A DNA stretch of 64,000 bases from Bacteroidota bacterium (GTDB lineage Bacteria; Bacteroidota; Ignavibacteria; UBA10030; SZUA-254). The stretch covers positions 3,736 to 67,735 of the forward strand of contig JAWOKN010000056.1 in the NCBI GenBank assembly GCA_033854175.1, in the 5' to 3' direction. The position numbers were made by a program, and so were the translations under genes. The notes under the pieces were generated by a model. That model did no database searches. It saw only the letters and a program-made list of their open reading frames with translations, and was not told the origin of the DNA. Numbering within the stretch: the stretch's first letter is position 1; the number at the start of each line of letters is the position of its first letter. Shown here piece after piece: positions 9,136 through 18,541 of the stretch.

Positions 9136-10125
9136 TCATTTTTTCGTCTCATGTTGTTCCGGAACGGGATCTGACAGAAGCAGTTCCCTGACCGTAGGGC
9201 AGGAGAGAACCTCCGATCGGAGTTTGGCCAGAACCTCCGAGTTATACCAGATCTCCCTGAAATTATAATTATTCTCGCGGAGTTCGCCGCACGGGGTGCC
9301 GAGTGAGGCGCAGGGCTGGACCGAGCCTGTAGGCGAGATGAAGATAAAGCTCCTTCCGGCGAGGCACCAGTGGGTCCACTCGACGCGGACCTTATGATTC
9401 TCCTGTTCCCCGTTTCCCTCACCCGGTGCCGCAACATCATGGAGGCCGTATTTGATGCACTGGGGAGAAAAATACATCCCCTTCGGGCTCAGGCGTTTAA
9501 TCTGGGCGATCTTCGATATGAACTGGCCGATAAACTGGTCGGTATCGGCGTCCTGATCCTTCTCCGGAAGGAGGGCGGCGTCCCACGCCAGGTGGCAGTA
9601 GAGACCGTTTGCGGACTTCTGGAGTGCAAAGTCATGTTCAAAGGCCAGCTGGCGGGTATCGGGCTTATGGATACTGCTCCCGAGGTGGATTTCGTAGCCC
9701 GCCTTCTTGAGCCGCCGGATGCTGTTTTCCAGCGCCTGAAACTGCGTCGATTGCTTGAAACGGGTATCCATATCCTCGGTGATCGCGCCATCCAGGAGAA
9801 GGCGGAAAACCTTGGGGCCGAAGATGACATACTTCTCGATCATTTCGTCGGTCAGCTCCTGGGGTGCGACCTCGATAATCATCTTCAGGCCGAGGGCGAA
9901 CCCGTATTCGACAATCTGAAAAAGATCGGGGCGTTCGGCGACCTTTCTGCCGGTGAGGACGATAATCGGTTTTGCGATGCGGGCGATGCTGTCGATGATC
10001 AGGAGGCATTCATGGGTAGTAAGGACATCGGGCTCTCCGGGTGTTTTTTTCCTTGAAAGCTGCCAGACGATCATCCTGGGGAAAAAATCCTCTTCTTCGC
10101 GGTGGCTGTGTGCTGGACCCTGCAT
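9136..10125 (-). CDS. Radical-SAM/SPASM-fold protein lacking the CxxxCxxC cluster motif and GGE motif (pseudo-radical-SAM)
   Basis: Aligns along its length with PqqE/AhbD/NirJ-type radical SAM enzymes, but the cluster motif is replaced by 'QLSRKKTPGE', GGEP by GRKV, and TNG by EVA. The C-terminal SPASM-like Cys cluster is retained (CLAGRSFIFISPTGSVQPCASLGTPCGEL…C). No compensating frame contains the motifs. Confidence 0.6.
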   Translation of the reverse strand: MQGPAHSHREEEDFFPRMIVWQLSRKKTPGEPDVLTTHECLLIIDSIARIAKPIIVLTGRKVAERPDLFQIVEYGFALGLKMIIEVAPQELTDEMIEKYVIFGPKVFRLLLDGAITEDMDTRFKQSTQFQALENSIRRLKKAGYEIHLGSSIHKPDTRQLAFEHDFALQKSANGLYCHLAWDAALLPEKDQDADTDQFIGQFISKIAQIKRLSPKGMYFSPQCIKYGLHDVAAPGEGNGEQENHKVRVEWTHWCLAGRSFIFISPTGSVQPCASLGTPCGELRENNYNFREIWYNSEVLAKLRSEVLSCPTVRELLLSDPVPEQHETKK

Positions 10126-10146
10126 AAAAAATCTCCTAAGAACGAG

Positions 10147-10533
10147 TTATGATGAACGTGATCTGGAACGGCGTGAAGCATGATGAACCGCTTCGATAGT
10201 TTCGACGACAAGGGGAAAATAGCGTTCGAGGGCGCACTCCTCGTCCTCGCGCAGCTGGCAATGCCCCGAGGCGGACTGGAACGTGCATTCGGTGCAGACG
10301 ATCATATGCAGTTCGCGGAGATACCTCTCCATCGAATCCGCCTGCAGGTTTCCGACGATCTGGACGATGCGGGGAAGCTGGGTCTGGAGGGGGCAGTCGA
10401 ACTCGGCATCCAGCCGGCAGTTCCCGTGCCCGTCGCCGTCGAGGCAGACCCTGCAGACCTTCTCGCGGACGGCCTGCCAGTAGGCGTGTGCATCCTGGCG
10501 GGGGCGTTTTTCAGACCGCAATTTTCTTGCCAT
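10147..10533 (-). CDS. Cys-rich small protein B (8 conserved Cys; paralog of 10511..10852)
   Basis: Shared motif with its neighbour: W…CRvCLDGDGxGxCRL…CPL…LPxIVQ…VCxxCxFQ…C…ECALxRYFPLVVExIE. Its start overlaps the paralog's end by about 23 nt. Confidence 0.5.
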   Translation of the reverse strand: MARKLRSEKRPRQDAHAYWQAVREKVCRVCLDGDGHGNCRLDAEFDCPLQTQLPRIVQIVGNLQADSMERYLRELHMIVCTECTFQSASGHCQLREDEECALERYFPLVVETIEAVHHASRRSRSRSS

Positions 10534-10852
10534 TATTCTTCACCGTCTCGATAATTTCGACAACAAGGGGGAAGTAGCGGTCGAGGGCGCACTCCAGTTT
10601 ACTCCTCTTCCCGCAGAAAAGGTCGGGGGTCTGGAAATCGCAGTTTGCGCAGACAGTTTTCCTCAGGGCCGTGACATAGTCCCGGATATCGGGGGAATCG
10701 ACGGCAGTGACCGACTGGACAATCTCGGGTAAAAAGTGTTTCAGGGGACATTCCTCACCGGCGGGGAGGCGGCAAAGGCCCGTGCCGTCGCCGTCCACGC
10801 ACTTCCTGCAAATCCGGTTTTGGATCACCGGCCACAACTGATCGAGTTTCAT
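10511..10852 (-). CDS. Cys-rich small protein A (paralog of 10147..10533)
   Basis: 113 aa from the internal Met (MKLDQLWPVIQNRICRKCVDGDGTGLCRL…). Same 8-Cys architecture as protein B. The ORF is open to 10951. Confidence 0.5.
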   Translation of the reverse strand: MKLDQLWPVIQNRICRKCVDGDGTGLCRLPAGEECPLKHFLPEIVQSVTAVDSPDIRDYVTALRKTVCANCDFQTPDLFCGKRSKLECALDRYFPLVVEIIETVKNNGKKIAV

Positions 10853-10901
10853 ACGCACCACCTTTCGCAAAAACGTGATATAAGAACAATAACAGTGTGA
10901 A

Positions 10902-11171
10902 TTATGATTGTACATCGTCAAAACGGGCCCTGATCTGATCGAGGACCTCAAACTTGCCCCGCAGGGTTTCCTTAGTCTTCTCGAGCAGTTCGATCGACTT
11001 CTTCTTATTAATGATCAGCTCATTGAGGATAGCCTTGACATCGGGGTAGGTGCAAGCGTCGCGATAAAAGGCATACTGGAGGATCGCCTCCTTTTCCGTC
11101 GTACTTGCAAATTCCAGGGCATTGCACAACTCCCTGCATGATTGAACACAGTTCGGTTTTGTTTGCGGCAT
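10902..11171 (-). CDS. Small alpha-helical protein with N-terminal CxxSCxxLC, possibly ferritin/rubrerythrin-like
   Basis: An AGGAGG ribosome-binding site sits 6 nt upstream of the ATG at 11171 (MPQTKPNCVQSCRELCNALEFASTTEKEAILQYAFYRDA…). The gene is 11 nt downstream of the gamma-subunit stop. Confidence 0.4.
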   Translation of the reverse strand: MPQTKPNCVQSCRELCNALEFASTTEKEAILQYAFYRDACTYPDVKAILNELIINKKKSIELLEKTKETLRGKFEVLDQIRARFDDVQS

Positions 11172-11181
11172 AGTGATCCTC

Positions 11182-11739
11182 CTAGACAATAGGTGTAGCT
11201 GCTTCGATAACGAGTTTTTCACCGCAGGAGAGGGCGCGCCGGTTGACGTCGAGGAGATGGTGATACCGTTCCGGCAGGACGCTCTCGAGCGCCTTCATCA
11301 CGGAAGAAAGCTGGACGACCTGGCAGACATTCAAAAACGCGCCAAGCATGACCATATTCTTCACCTTGAGGTTCTTCAGCTTAATAGCCTCCTTCTCGAT
11401 ATCAACCGGAAGGACGGTGATATCGGTGCGGGTGGGGGGGATGATGACATTGGAGCTGTCATAAATCAGGATGCCGTTCGGTTTGATGGCCTTCTCGAAC
11501 TTGTCCACGGACGGCTGGTTCATCGCGACGACGGCATCATAGCGGGTAACGATCGGTGAACTGATCTCCTGGTTCGAAATGATGACGATACAATTGGCTG
11601 TGCCGCCCCGCATCTCGGGGCCATACGACGGCATCCATGAGACATGTTTTCCTTCAATCATCCCTGCATAGGTGAGGGTCATCCCCATCGAGAGAACCCC
11701 CTGCCCGCCAAAACCTGAGAACAAAATCTCGTGTGTCAT
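11182..11739 (-). CDS. 2-oxoacid:ferredoxin oxidoreductase, gamma subunit
   Basis: PorG/VorC/KorC-family sequence (FSGFGGQGVLSMG…GGTANCIVIIS…). Confidence 0.85.
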   Translation of the reverse strand: MTHEILFSGFGGQGVLSMGMTLTYAGMIEGKHVSWMPSYGPEMRGGTANCIVIISNQEISSPIVTRYDAVVAMNQPSVDKFEKAIKPNGILIYDSSNVIIPPTRTDITVLPVDIEKEAIKLKNLKVKNMVMLGAFLNVCQVVQLSSVMKALESVLPERYHHLLDVNRRALSCGEKLVIEAATPIV

Positions 11740-11790
11740 GTTCTGTTATCCTTTACGCTGTCAAAATGAATTACCCTGACCGATCGTTGC

Positions 11791-12576
11791 TTATTTATGT
11801 TCGACGACTTTTCCGTCAACCTTGAGATCCCCGAGAGGGAAAACCGGGAGCATATTCTGTTCAAGCCATTTATTCGCCTCGACGGGGGTCATCTTCCAGC
11901 CCGAGGGGCAATTCGAGACGACCTCGATGAGGCAATAGCCCTTCTTTTCCTTCTGTGCCTGGAGGGCCTTCGTGATGGATTTCTTCAGGTGCCGGATCGC
12001 ATTGGGTGTATGCACGGCCTGGCGGGTGACATAATAGGCGCCGGGGAGCATTGCGATAAGGTCTGTGACTTTTATCGGAAACCCGCAGTTGGCGACATCC
12101 CTCCCCTCGGGGGAGGTTGTGGTTTTCATGCCGAGGATAGTGGTGGGGGCCATCTGGCCTCCGGTCATGCCATAGATCGCGTTATTGATAAAAATCACGA
12201 GAATATTCTCGCCGCGGTTCGCTGCATGGATCGTCTCATTGGTGCCTATTGCCGCCAGGTCGCCGTCGCCCTGGTACGAGAAGACGATCTTATCGGGCCA
12301 CATCCGTTTAATGCCGGTGGCGACTGCGGAGGCGCGGCCGTGGGCCGCCTCCTGCATATCGACATCCAGGTAATGATAGGCGAAGACGGAGCACCCGACG
12401 GGAGCCACGCCGATCGTCTCGCTCTGGATGCCCATCTCCTGGACAACCTCCATCAGCACCTTATGGACGGCGCCGTGGCCGCAGCCCGGGCAATAGTGCA
12501 TCGGTGTATCGGTCAGAGTTGCCGGTTTCGACCAAACGATTTCCATACCTTCGATACTTGTCTGAACCTGGTTCAT
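11791..12576 (-). CDS. 2-oxoacid:ferredoxin oxidoreductase, beta (TPP-binding) subunit
   Basis: Carries 'CPGCGHG', a TPP motif 'GDGD…NNAIYGMTGGQ', and a start at MNQVQTS. Confidence 0.85.
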   Translation of the reverse strand: MNQVQTSIEGMEIVWSKPATLTDTPMHYCPGCGHGAVHKVLMEVVQEMGIQSETIGVAPVGCSVFAYHYLDVDMQEAAHGRASAVATGIKRMWPDKIVFSYQGDGDLAAIGTNETIHAANRGENILVIFINNAIYGMTGGQMAPTTILGMKTTTSPEGRDVANCGFPIKVTDLIAMLPGAYYVTRQAVHTPNAIRHLKKSITKALQAQKEKKGYCLIEVVSNCPSGWKMTPVEANKWLEQNMLPVFPLGDLKVDGKVVEHK

Positions 12577-12580
12577 CGCA

Positions 12581-13723
12581 TTATCTTTCAATGATTTCGG
12601 ATAATTCGGATTTCGCGCCCTCGCGCTGGTTTTCCCCCTTTGGAGCCGGTGACTGCGCGGCGGGTGTCTGGATGAGGTGAAGCATCTGCTCGAGGATCTC
12701 ATCCGGGGGAGGAATCATACCGCCCAGGCGTCCGTAAAAATTCACCGTAGTCTTACCTTCGACGGCCAGCCGGACATCCTCGACCATCTGTCCCGCATTG
12801 AGTTCAATAACCAGGATATTCCGCACCTTCGGAGCTAGTTCCCGGAGGATCTGGTAGGGATACGGAAACAGAGTAATCGGGCGGACGAGGCCGGCCTTGA
12901 TGCCGCGGTGGCGTGCCAGTTCGACGGCGCGGGCGCAGATCCTTGCGGCAAGTCCGTAGGCGACGAGGATCATATCGGCGTCGTCGCACGACGTAAGCTG
13001 ACAGCGGACCTCACTCTCGCGGACCTTCCGGTACTTCTCCTGGAGCTGTTTATTGATCCCCTCCATCTTTTCAGGCTGGATAAACAATGACGTGACGATA
13101 TTCCGTTCGCGGTCGGGGGTTTTGCCGGTGGTAGCCCACGGTTTATCGACCCTGTGCTTATTCGGGTCATACTCCCTGAAGGTGACAGCCTCCATCATCT
13201 GGCCGAGGGCACCGTCGGCGAGGATCATGACGGGATTGCGGTATTTGTCGGCGAGGTCGAAGCCGTCGAAGACAAAATCGGCCATCTCCTGGACGCTGTT
13301 GGGGGCAAGGACGATAAGGTGATAATCGCCGTGTCCGCCCCCCTTGGTCGCCTGGAAATAATCCCCCTGTGAGGGCTGGATCGTGCCGAGGCCCGGGCCG
13401 CCGCGGTTGACGTTGACCACGAGGCAGGGCAGCTGAGCCGATGCGATATAGGAAAGGCCCTCCTGCATGAGGCTGATACCGGGGCTTGAGGACGAGGTCA
13501 TTGCCCGTTTGCCTGCGCCTGCGGCGCCGTAGACCATATTGATGGCCGCAAGCTCGCTTTCCGACTGCATGACGACCATACCCCGTTTCCTCCCCTCCTC
13601 GGCCAGATACTCGATGACCTCAGACTGGGGGGTAATGGGATAACCGAAATACCCGTCGCAACCCGCCCGGATGGCGGCTTCCGCGAGGGCTTCGTTGCCC
13701 TTCATCAATTTCGCTTCGCTCAT
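12581..13723 (-). CDS. 2-oxoacid:ferredoxin oxidoreductase, alpha subunit
   Basis: PorA/VorB-family N-terminus (MKGNEALAEAAIRAGCDGYFGYPITPQSE…). Confidence 0.85.
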   Translation of the reverse strand: MSEAKLMKGNEALAEAAIRAGCDGYFGYPITPQSEVIEYLAEEGRKRGMVVMQSESELAAINMVYGAAGAGKRAMTSSSSPGISLMQEGLSYIASAQLPCLVVNVNRGGPGLGTIQPSQGDYFQATKGGGHGDYHLIVLAPNSVQEMADFVFDGFDLADKYRNPVMILADGALGQMMEAVTFREYDPNKHRVDKPWATTGKTPDRERNIVTSLFIQPEKMEGINKQLQEKYRKVRESEVRCQLTSCDDADMILVAYGLAARICARAVELARHRGIKAGLVRPITLFPYPYQILRELAPKVRNILVIELNAGQMVEDVRLAVEGKTTVNFYGRLGGMIPPPDEILEQMLHLIQTPAAQSPAPKGENQREGAKSELSEIIER

Positions 13724-14046
13724 ATATCTATTCCTCCTTGGGGTTGTTCATCGAGGACGACCCTGACATTGCTTTTCACGTTGGAGATAACGGCGACCGG
13801 TTCCTTCTTCGCGGCGCTCTTGCCGTCCTTGCGGGAGCGGTAGACGGTTATGACGGCATCGGGGCAGACAAGGGCGCAGTTGACGCAGCCGGTGCAGTTA
13901 TCCTGGACAAGCACGGCATAGTGATATCCTTTTGCGTTGATTTCCTTCGAAAGCGCCAGACTCTCCTGCGGGCACGAGTCGATACAGATCTCGCACCCCT
14001 TGCAGGTTTCCACCTGAATCTGGACAGTTCCATGGACTGTAGCCAT
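13720..14046 (-). CDS. 2-oxoacid:ferredoxin oxidoreductase, delta (2×[4Fe-4S] ferredoxin) subunit
   Basis: Two CxxCxxCxxxCP motifs (CKGCEICIDSCP; CTGCVNCALVCP). Confidence 0.8.
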   Translation of the reverse strand: MATVHGTVQIQVETCKGCEICIDSCPQESLALSKEINAKGYHYAVLVQDNCTGCVNCALVCPDAVITVYRSRKDGKSAAKKEPVAVISNVKSNVRVVLDEQPQGGIDI

Positions 14047-14057
14047 AGGTACTCCTT

Positions 14058-14372
14058 TTAAGTTGAAAACAAAACCTGATTACTCCCGGCCGACATCGCG
14101 ATCTGCAATTCCTCTTCGATCCACGTTTCGAACTCATACACGCTCGGTATCCTGCCGGCGGACTTGAGTTTCTCATTGACAAGTATCGTCGGAACCACGA
14201 GGGCCCCCATCGAGGCGATTTGCTGGATATCATTGATCCACTGGACGCGCGGTTTGGTTTCAAAGCGCGAGACCGAGGCGGTGGCATTCGTGACGGCATG
14301 ACGGACCTTAGCCGTCGGCAGGCCGATGATTTTGATTCGAACGGGATTAGGTCGCGGTTTCATTGCTGTCAA
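14058..14372 (-). CDS. Thioredoxin-fold protein of the 'redox-active disulfide protein 2' type, lacking the CxxC active site
   Basis: The family pattern is present (IKIIG…[28 protein letters not shown]…[13 protein letters not shown]), but the canonical G-x-G-C-x-x-C is 'GLPTAKV'. Translation from the DNA confirmed. The gene overlaps the maeB stop by 4 nt. Confidence 0.6.
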   Translation of the reverse strand: MTAMKPRPNPVRIKIIGLPTAKVRHAVTNATASVSRFETKPRVQWINDIQQIASMGALVVPTILVNEKLKSAGRIPSVYEFETWIEEELQIAMSAGSNQVLFST

Positions 14373-16669
14373 TTCACTTTCACTGGTTCTCTCAGCACCT
14401 GTTTGACTGTTTGGCCGGTCTGTGACTGCTGGGCTTCATGGACGGCCATGGCGGTAATATTGACGATATCGCTCACATCGTTCCCCGGCACCAGGAGGTA
14501 GACCGGTTTCCGGATCCCCATAAGGATCGGGCCGATGGCGGTTGCGCCGCCAAGGCGCCAGAGAAGCTTATAGGAAACGTTGGCCGATGTGAGGTCCGGG
14601 AAGATCAGCACATTTGCGCGGGTTTTGAGCGTATTGAACGGGTAAAGCTCGTTGAGGATCTCCGGAACTGTCGCCGTATCGGCCATCATCTCGCCGTCGA
14701 TCGTGAGGTCGGGCGCCTGTCGTTTCACGATTGCGACAGCTCGTGCGACCTTCTCCGAAAGCGGGTGGCGGGTGCTGCCGAAATTCGAGAACGAGAGCAT
14801 GGCCAGCCGCGGTTCGATATCAAACCGTTTCACCCGTTCCGCGGTCAGCATGGCAATCTCGGCCAGTTCCTCGGCTGATGGTTCGATATTCACCGTGGCG
14901 TCGGCGATAAAGACGGTCTGGTTCTTGAAGACCATCATATAGAGGCCGGCGATCCTGTTGACGCCGTCCTTCTTTCCGATGATCTGAAGTGCCGGTCTCA
15001 CGGTTTCGGGGTACTGCTGGGTAAGGCCGGAGATGAGGCCGTCGGCGTCCCCCTGGCGGACCATGAGCATGCCGAAGATATTATGAGTTTTCAGATGGCG
15101 TTCCGCGTCGAACTTCGTCACGCCGTGGCGCTGCCGGATGTTATAGAACGTGGTAATATACTCATCGAGCTTCGCCGATTTCGAGGGATTGATAATCTCG
15201 ATCCCCTCGAGGTCGAGGCCCAGGTCGGCGATCCGCTGCTGGATCAGGGTGCGGCTCCCCAGGAGTATTGGACGTGCGATCTTTTCGTCGACGATGATAT
15301 GGGCGGCGCGGAGAATCTTCTCCTCCTCGCCCTCCGGGAAGACGATGCGTTTGGGTTCGCTCTGCGCCTTATGGATAAAGAAGCGCATAATCTCGCGCGA
15401 CTTGCCCAACCGAGCCTCGAGCGAATCGCGGTAGGCCTCGATATCCTTGATCGGATTGCGGGCGACGCCGGAATCCATGGCGGCCTTGGCGACGGCGACG
15501 GCTTCCCACAAAAGAACGCGCGGATCGAACGGTTTCGGGATGATATATTCCCGGCCGAACTCAATCCTCTTGGCGCCATAGGCCTTGATGACGGAGTCGG
15601 GGACATCCTCCTTGGTCAGGCGTGCGAGTGCATTGGAAGCTGCGACCTTCATCTCGTCGTTGATCGCCATTGCGCGCACATCGAGGGCGCCGCGGAAGAT
15701 AAAGGGGAATCCGAGGACATTATTCACCTGGTTCGGGTAATCGGACCGGCCGGTGGCCATAATGACATCATCGCGGGCTGCGACGGCGTCGTTATAGGTA
15801 ATCTCGGGATCGGGGTTGGCCATAGCGAAGACGATCGGTTTGTCGGCCATCGAGCGGAGCATCTCCTTCGAGACAATATCCTTGGCGGAGACGCCGCAGA
15901 AAACATCGGCCCCCTTCATGGCATCGGCGAGAGTCCGTTTATCGGTTACGGCGGCAAAATACTCCTTATAGGGGTTCATCCCCTCGGTTCTCCCCTTATA
16001 GACGACGCCCTTGGTATCGACGAGGGTAATATTCTCCCGTTTCACGCCGAGGCGTTCATAGAACTTCGCGCAGGCGATCCCGGCCGCGCCGGCGCCGCTG
16101 AAGACCACCCGGACCTCGCCGATCTTCTTCTTCACCAGTTCAAGGGCGTTCATCAGGGCGGCGCCGCTGATGATGGCGGTACCGTGCTGGTCGTCGTGGA
16201 AGACGGGGATATTCATCGTCTTCTTGAGCGTCTCCTCGATATAGAAGCACTCGGGGGCCTTGATATCCTCCAGGTTGATCCCGCCGAATGTGGGTTCAAG
16301 CATCTGGACGGTCTTGATGATGGCGTCGGGGTCGTGGGAATTCAGTTCGATATCGAACACGTCGACATCGGCGAAGCGTTTGAAGAGGACCCCTTTCCCC
16401 TCCATGACCGGTTTACCGGCCAGAGCGCCGATATCGCCGAGACCCAAGACGGCGGTGCCGTTACTGACGACGGCGACGAGGTTGCCTTTGGCGGTATAGC
16501 GGTAGACATCCTCGGGGTTGGCTTCAATTTCCTTGCACGGGTCGGCGACGCCTGGCGTATAGGCCAGGGAAAGGTCGCGCTGAGTGGCGCACGGCTTCGT
16601 GGAGATGACTTCAATCTTGCCATGACGGCCTTGCGAATGATAATCGAGGGCTTCCTGTTTGCGTACCAT
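14369..16669 (-). CDS. maeB: NADP-dependent malic enzyme (malic enzyme fused to a phosphotransacetylase-like domain)
   Basis: N-terminal malic enzyme motifs (YTPGVA…[10 protein letters not shown]…) with a C-terminal PTA-like domain, 766 aa. Confidence 0.9.
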   Translation of the reverse strand: MVRKQEALDYHSQGRHGKIEVISTKPCATQRDLSLAYTPGVADPCKEIEANPEDVYRYTAKGNLVAVVSNGTAVLGLGDIGALAGKPVMEGKGVLFKRFADVDVFDIELNSHDPDAIIKTVQMLEPTFGGINLEDIKAPECFYIEETLKKTMNIPVFHDDQHGTAIISGAALMNALELVKKKIGEVRVVFSGAGAAGIACAKFYERLGVKRENITLVDTKGVVYKGRTEGMNPYKEYFAAVTDKRTLADAMKGADVFCGVSAKDIVSKEMLRSMADKPIVFAMANPDPEITYNDAVAARDDVIMATGRSDYPNQVNNVLGFPFIFRGALDVRAMAINDEMKVAASNALARLTKEDVPDSVIKAYGAKRIEFGREYIIPKPFDPRVLLWEAVAVAKAAMDSGVARNPIKDIEAYRDSLEARLGKSREIMRFFIHKAQSEPKRIVFPEGEEEKILRAAHIIVDEKIARPILLGSRTLIQQRIADLGLDLEGIEIINPSKSAKLDEYITTFYNIRQRHGVTKFDAERHLKTHNIFGMLMVRQGDADGLISGLTQQYPETVRPALQIIGKKDGVNRIAGLYMMVFKNQTVFIADATVNIEPSAEELAEIAMLTAERVKRFDIEPRLAMLSFSNFGSTRHPLSEKVARAVAIVKRQAPDLTIDGEMMADTATVPEILNELYPFNTLKTRANVLIFPDLTSANVSYKLLWRLGGATAIGPILMGIRKPVYLLVPGNDVSDIVNITAMAVHEAQQSQTGQTVKQVLREPVKVN

Positions 16670-16727
16670 AATATTATCCCTTTCACATTGATACCTGACG
16701 AGCGGGGTATCAGATTTTTAGTCGAGT

Positions 16728-17156
16728 TTATCTACCGGGCACATCGCCGCCCTCATGCCTCAGGCGCCAGCAACCGACATCCGACGGTGGCGAGAGAAAC
16801 GGCCCGGTCAAATCAAGATGTTTGACGCTTCCCCAGGAGGGAAGAATGTCGTGAGTTAAGAACTTTTTCGTATAATCGGCCAGATCGAGATCATCCTCGA
16901 CATCCTCATCCACGCAGACATAGACATCGACGATGCCGTGTGTTCCCTGAATGGAGCGCGGGCAGAGGGCATAGGCAATAAACCCCGTATCGCGCCATTC
17001 GTAGGCCTTCAGGATATGGTCGTAGGTATTCGGGAGTTCCAGCAGCATATCGATCTCTTTATGCAGCTCCAGTTCGAGGACAAATTTTTCACAATACTTG
17101 CACCGCTGTTCCGCAGTTTGCATATCCTCCTCCTCTATGATTGGACGCTTGACCAT
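16728..17156 (-). CDS. Hypothetical protein
   Basis: ORF in an operon position between the CoA-transferase and maeB. It has CKYCEK near the N-terminus and no recognisable family. Confidence 0.3.
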   Translation of the reverse strand: MVKRPIIEEEDMQTAEQRCKYCEKFVLELELHKEIDMLLELPNTYDHILKAYEWRDTGFIAYALCPRSIQGTHGIVDVYVCVDEDVEDDLDLADYTKKFLTHDILPSWGSVKHLDLTGPFLSPPSDVGCWRLRHEGGDVPGR

Positions 17157-17159
17157 AGT

Positions 17160-18533
17160 TCAGGAATGAACTGCCGTAGTTAGGGTTTTACCATGCATCC
17201 GGCGGCCGGAGGCCGATGGACACAAAATCTTCTGCTGGCACGCATCGCGTTCGAGCCCCTCCTGGAACTTCGGGTGGGCGATATCGATCAGGGCGCGTGC
17301 GCGCTCGCGGACCGTTCTGCCGTAGAGATCGGCAACGCCGAACTCCGTGACGACAAAATGGACATCGCCGCGTGTGGTGGTAACGCCCGCACCTTCGGAG
17401 AGCGTGGCGACAATGCGCGAGCACTCCCCGTCCCTGGCGGTGGAGGGGAGGGCGATGATCGGTTTTCCACCCTTACTCTTCGCGGCGCCGCGGATAAAAT
17501 CGAGCTGACCGCCGAAACCGCTATAGAACCTCCGTCCGATCGAGTCCGCGCAGACCTGGCCGGTATAATCGACCTCGATTGCCGAATTGATCGCGACCAT
17601 ATTATCGTTCTTGGCGATAATAAACGGATCGTTCACATAATGCGAAGGATGGAATTCGATGAGCGGATTATTGTCGATAAAATTGAACAGCGGCCGGGTC
17701 GCAAGGACGAACGAGGCGATCATTTTCCCCGGATGGAGGGATTTCCTCTCGTTGGTGATCACGCCGTCGTCGACAAGCTTCATGACGCCGTCGGCGAACA
17801 TCTCGGTATGCATGCCGAGGTGTTTCTTCCCGTGGAGGTAATGGAGGACCGCGTCGGGGATAGCGCCGATGCCGAGCTGGAGAGTGGATCCGTCCTCGAT
17901 CAGTTCCGAGATATTCTTCCCGATCTTCTCAAAGACCTCGAGTTCGTCCTTCGAGATTTCCTTATTGACCTGGGGCAGCTCCTTCAGGGGGACATCGGTT
18001 TCGATGCAGTAGGTAAACTTATCGACATGAATAAAGCAATCCCCCAGTGTGCGGGGCATATTGGGATTCACCTGGGCGATGATGACCTTGGCGACCTCGG
18101 TCGCCGGTTTCGTGCACTCGACGCCGACGCCGAAGCTGCAGAAGCCGTGTTCGTCGGGCGGGGAGACATGAACGAGCGCGACATCGATCGGCAGGATACC
18201 GCGGTAAAAGAGATGGGGGATTTCAGAAAGAAAGATCGGAGTAAAATCGGCCTTCCCCTCGTTCACCGCCTGGCGGACATTCTTCCCCATAAAGAGAGCG
18301 TTATGCCTTATGTGCCCTTCCATCTCCGGATCGGAGTAGCGCGATTTGCCGACAGTCAGGAGATGGATCACCTCGACATCCTCCAGTTCGAAGGCCCTGT
18401 CGCACATTGCATCGACAAGGACAGCCGGGACGGCGCATCCCGGGTGAACATAGACGCGCTGACCCGACCCGATGATACTGACGGCCTCCTGGGGAGTCCG
18501 TAATTTCGATTTATACCGATCGATCCACACCAT
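17160..18533 (-). CDS. Acetyl-CoA hydrolase/transferase family protein (succinyl-/butyryl-CoA:acetate CoA-transferase-like)
   Basis: Family pattern (…SIIGSGQRVYVHPGCA…FIRGAA…GGKPIIALPST…) with a start at MVWIDRYKSK. Confidence 0.8.
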   Translation of the reverse strand: MVWIDRYKSKLRTPQEAVSIIGSGQRVYVHPGCAVPAVLVDAMCDRAFELEDVEVIHLLTVGKSRYSDPEMEGHIRHNALFMGKNVRQAVNEGKADFTPIFLSEIPHLFYRGILPIDVALVHVSPPDEHGFCSFGVGVECTKPATEVAKVIIAQVNPNMPRTLGDCFIHVDKFTYCIETDVPLKELPQVNKEISKDELEVFEKIGKNISELIEDGSTLQLGIGAIPDAVLHYLHGKKHLGMHTEMFADGVMKLVDDGVITNERKSLHPGKMIASFVLATRPLFNFIDNNPLIEFHPSHYVNDPFIIAKNDNMVAINSAIEVDYTGQVCADSIGRRFYSGFGGQLDFIRGAAKSKGGKPIIALPSTARDGECSRIVATLSEGAGVTTTRGDVHFVVTEFGVADLYGRTVRERARALIDIAHPKFQEGLERDACQQKILCPSASGRRMHGKTLTTAVHS

Positions 18534-18541
18534 GCTGGTTA

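Noticed and set aside
15083-16825. 580-aa plus-strand ORF antisense to maeB
   Set aside because: High-GC shadow ORF. It is low-complexity (Gly/Asp/Ala-rich) with no motifs, whereas the opposite strand encodes a clear full-length malic enzyme.
17193-18503. 436-aa plus-strand ORF antisense to the CoA-transferase
   Set aside because: Shadow ORF of a well-supported gene. The composition is repetitive (D/R/G-rich).
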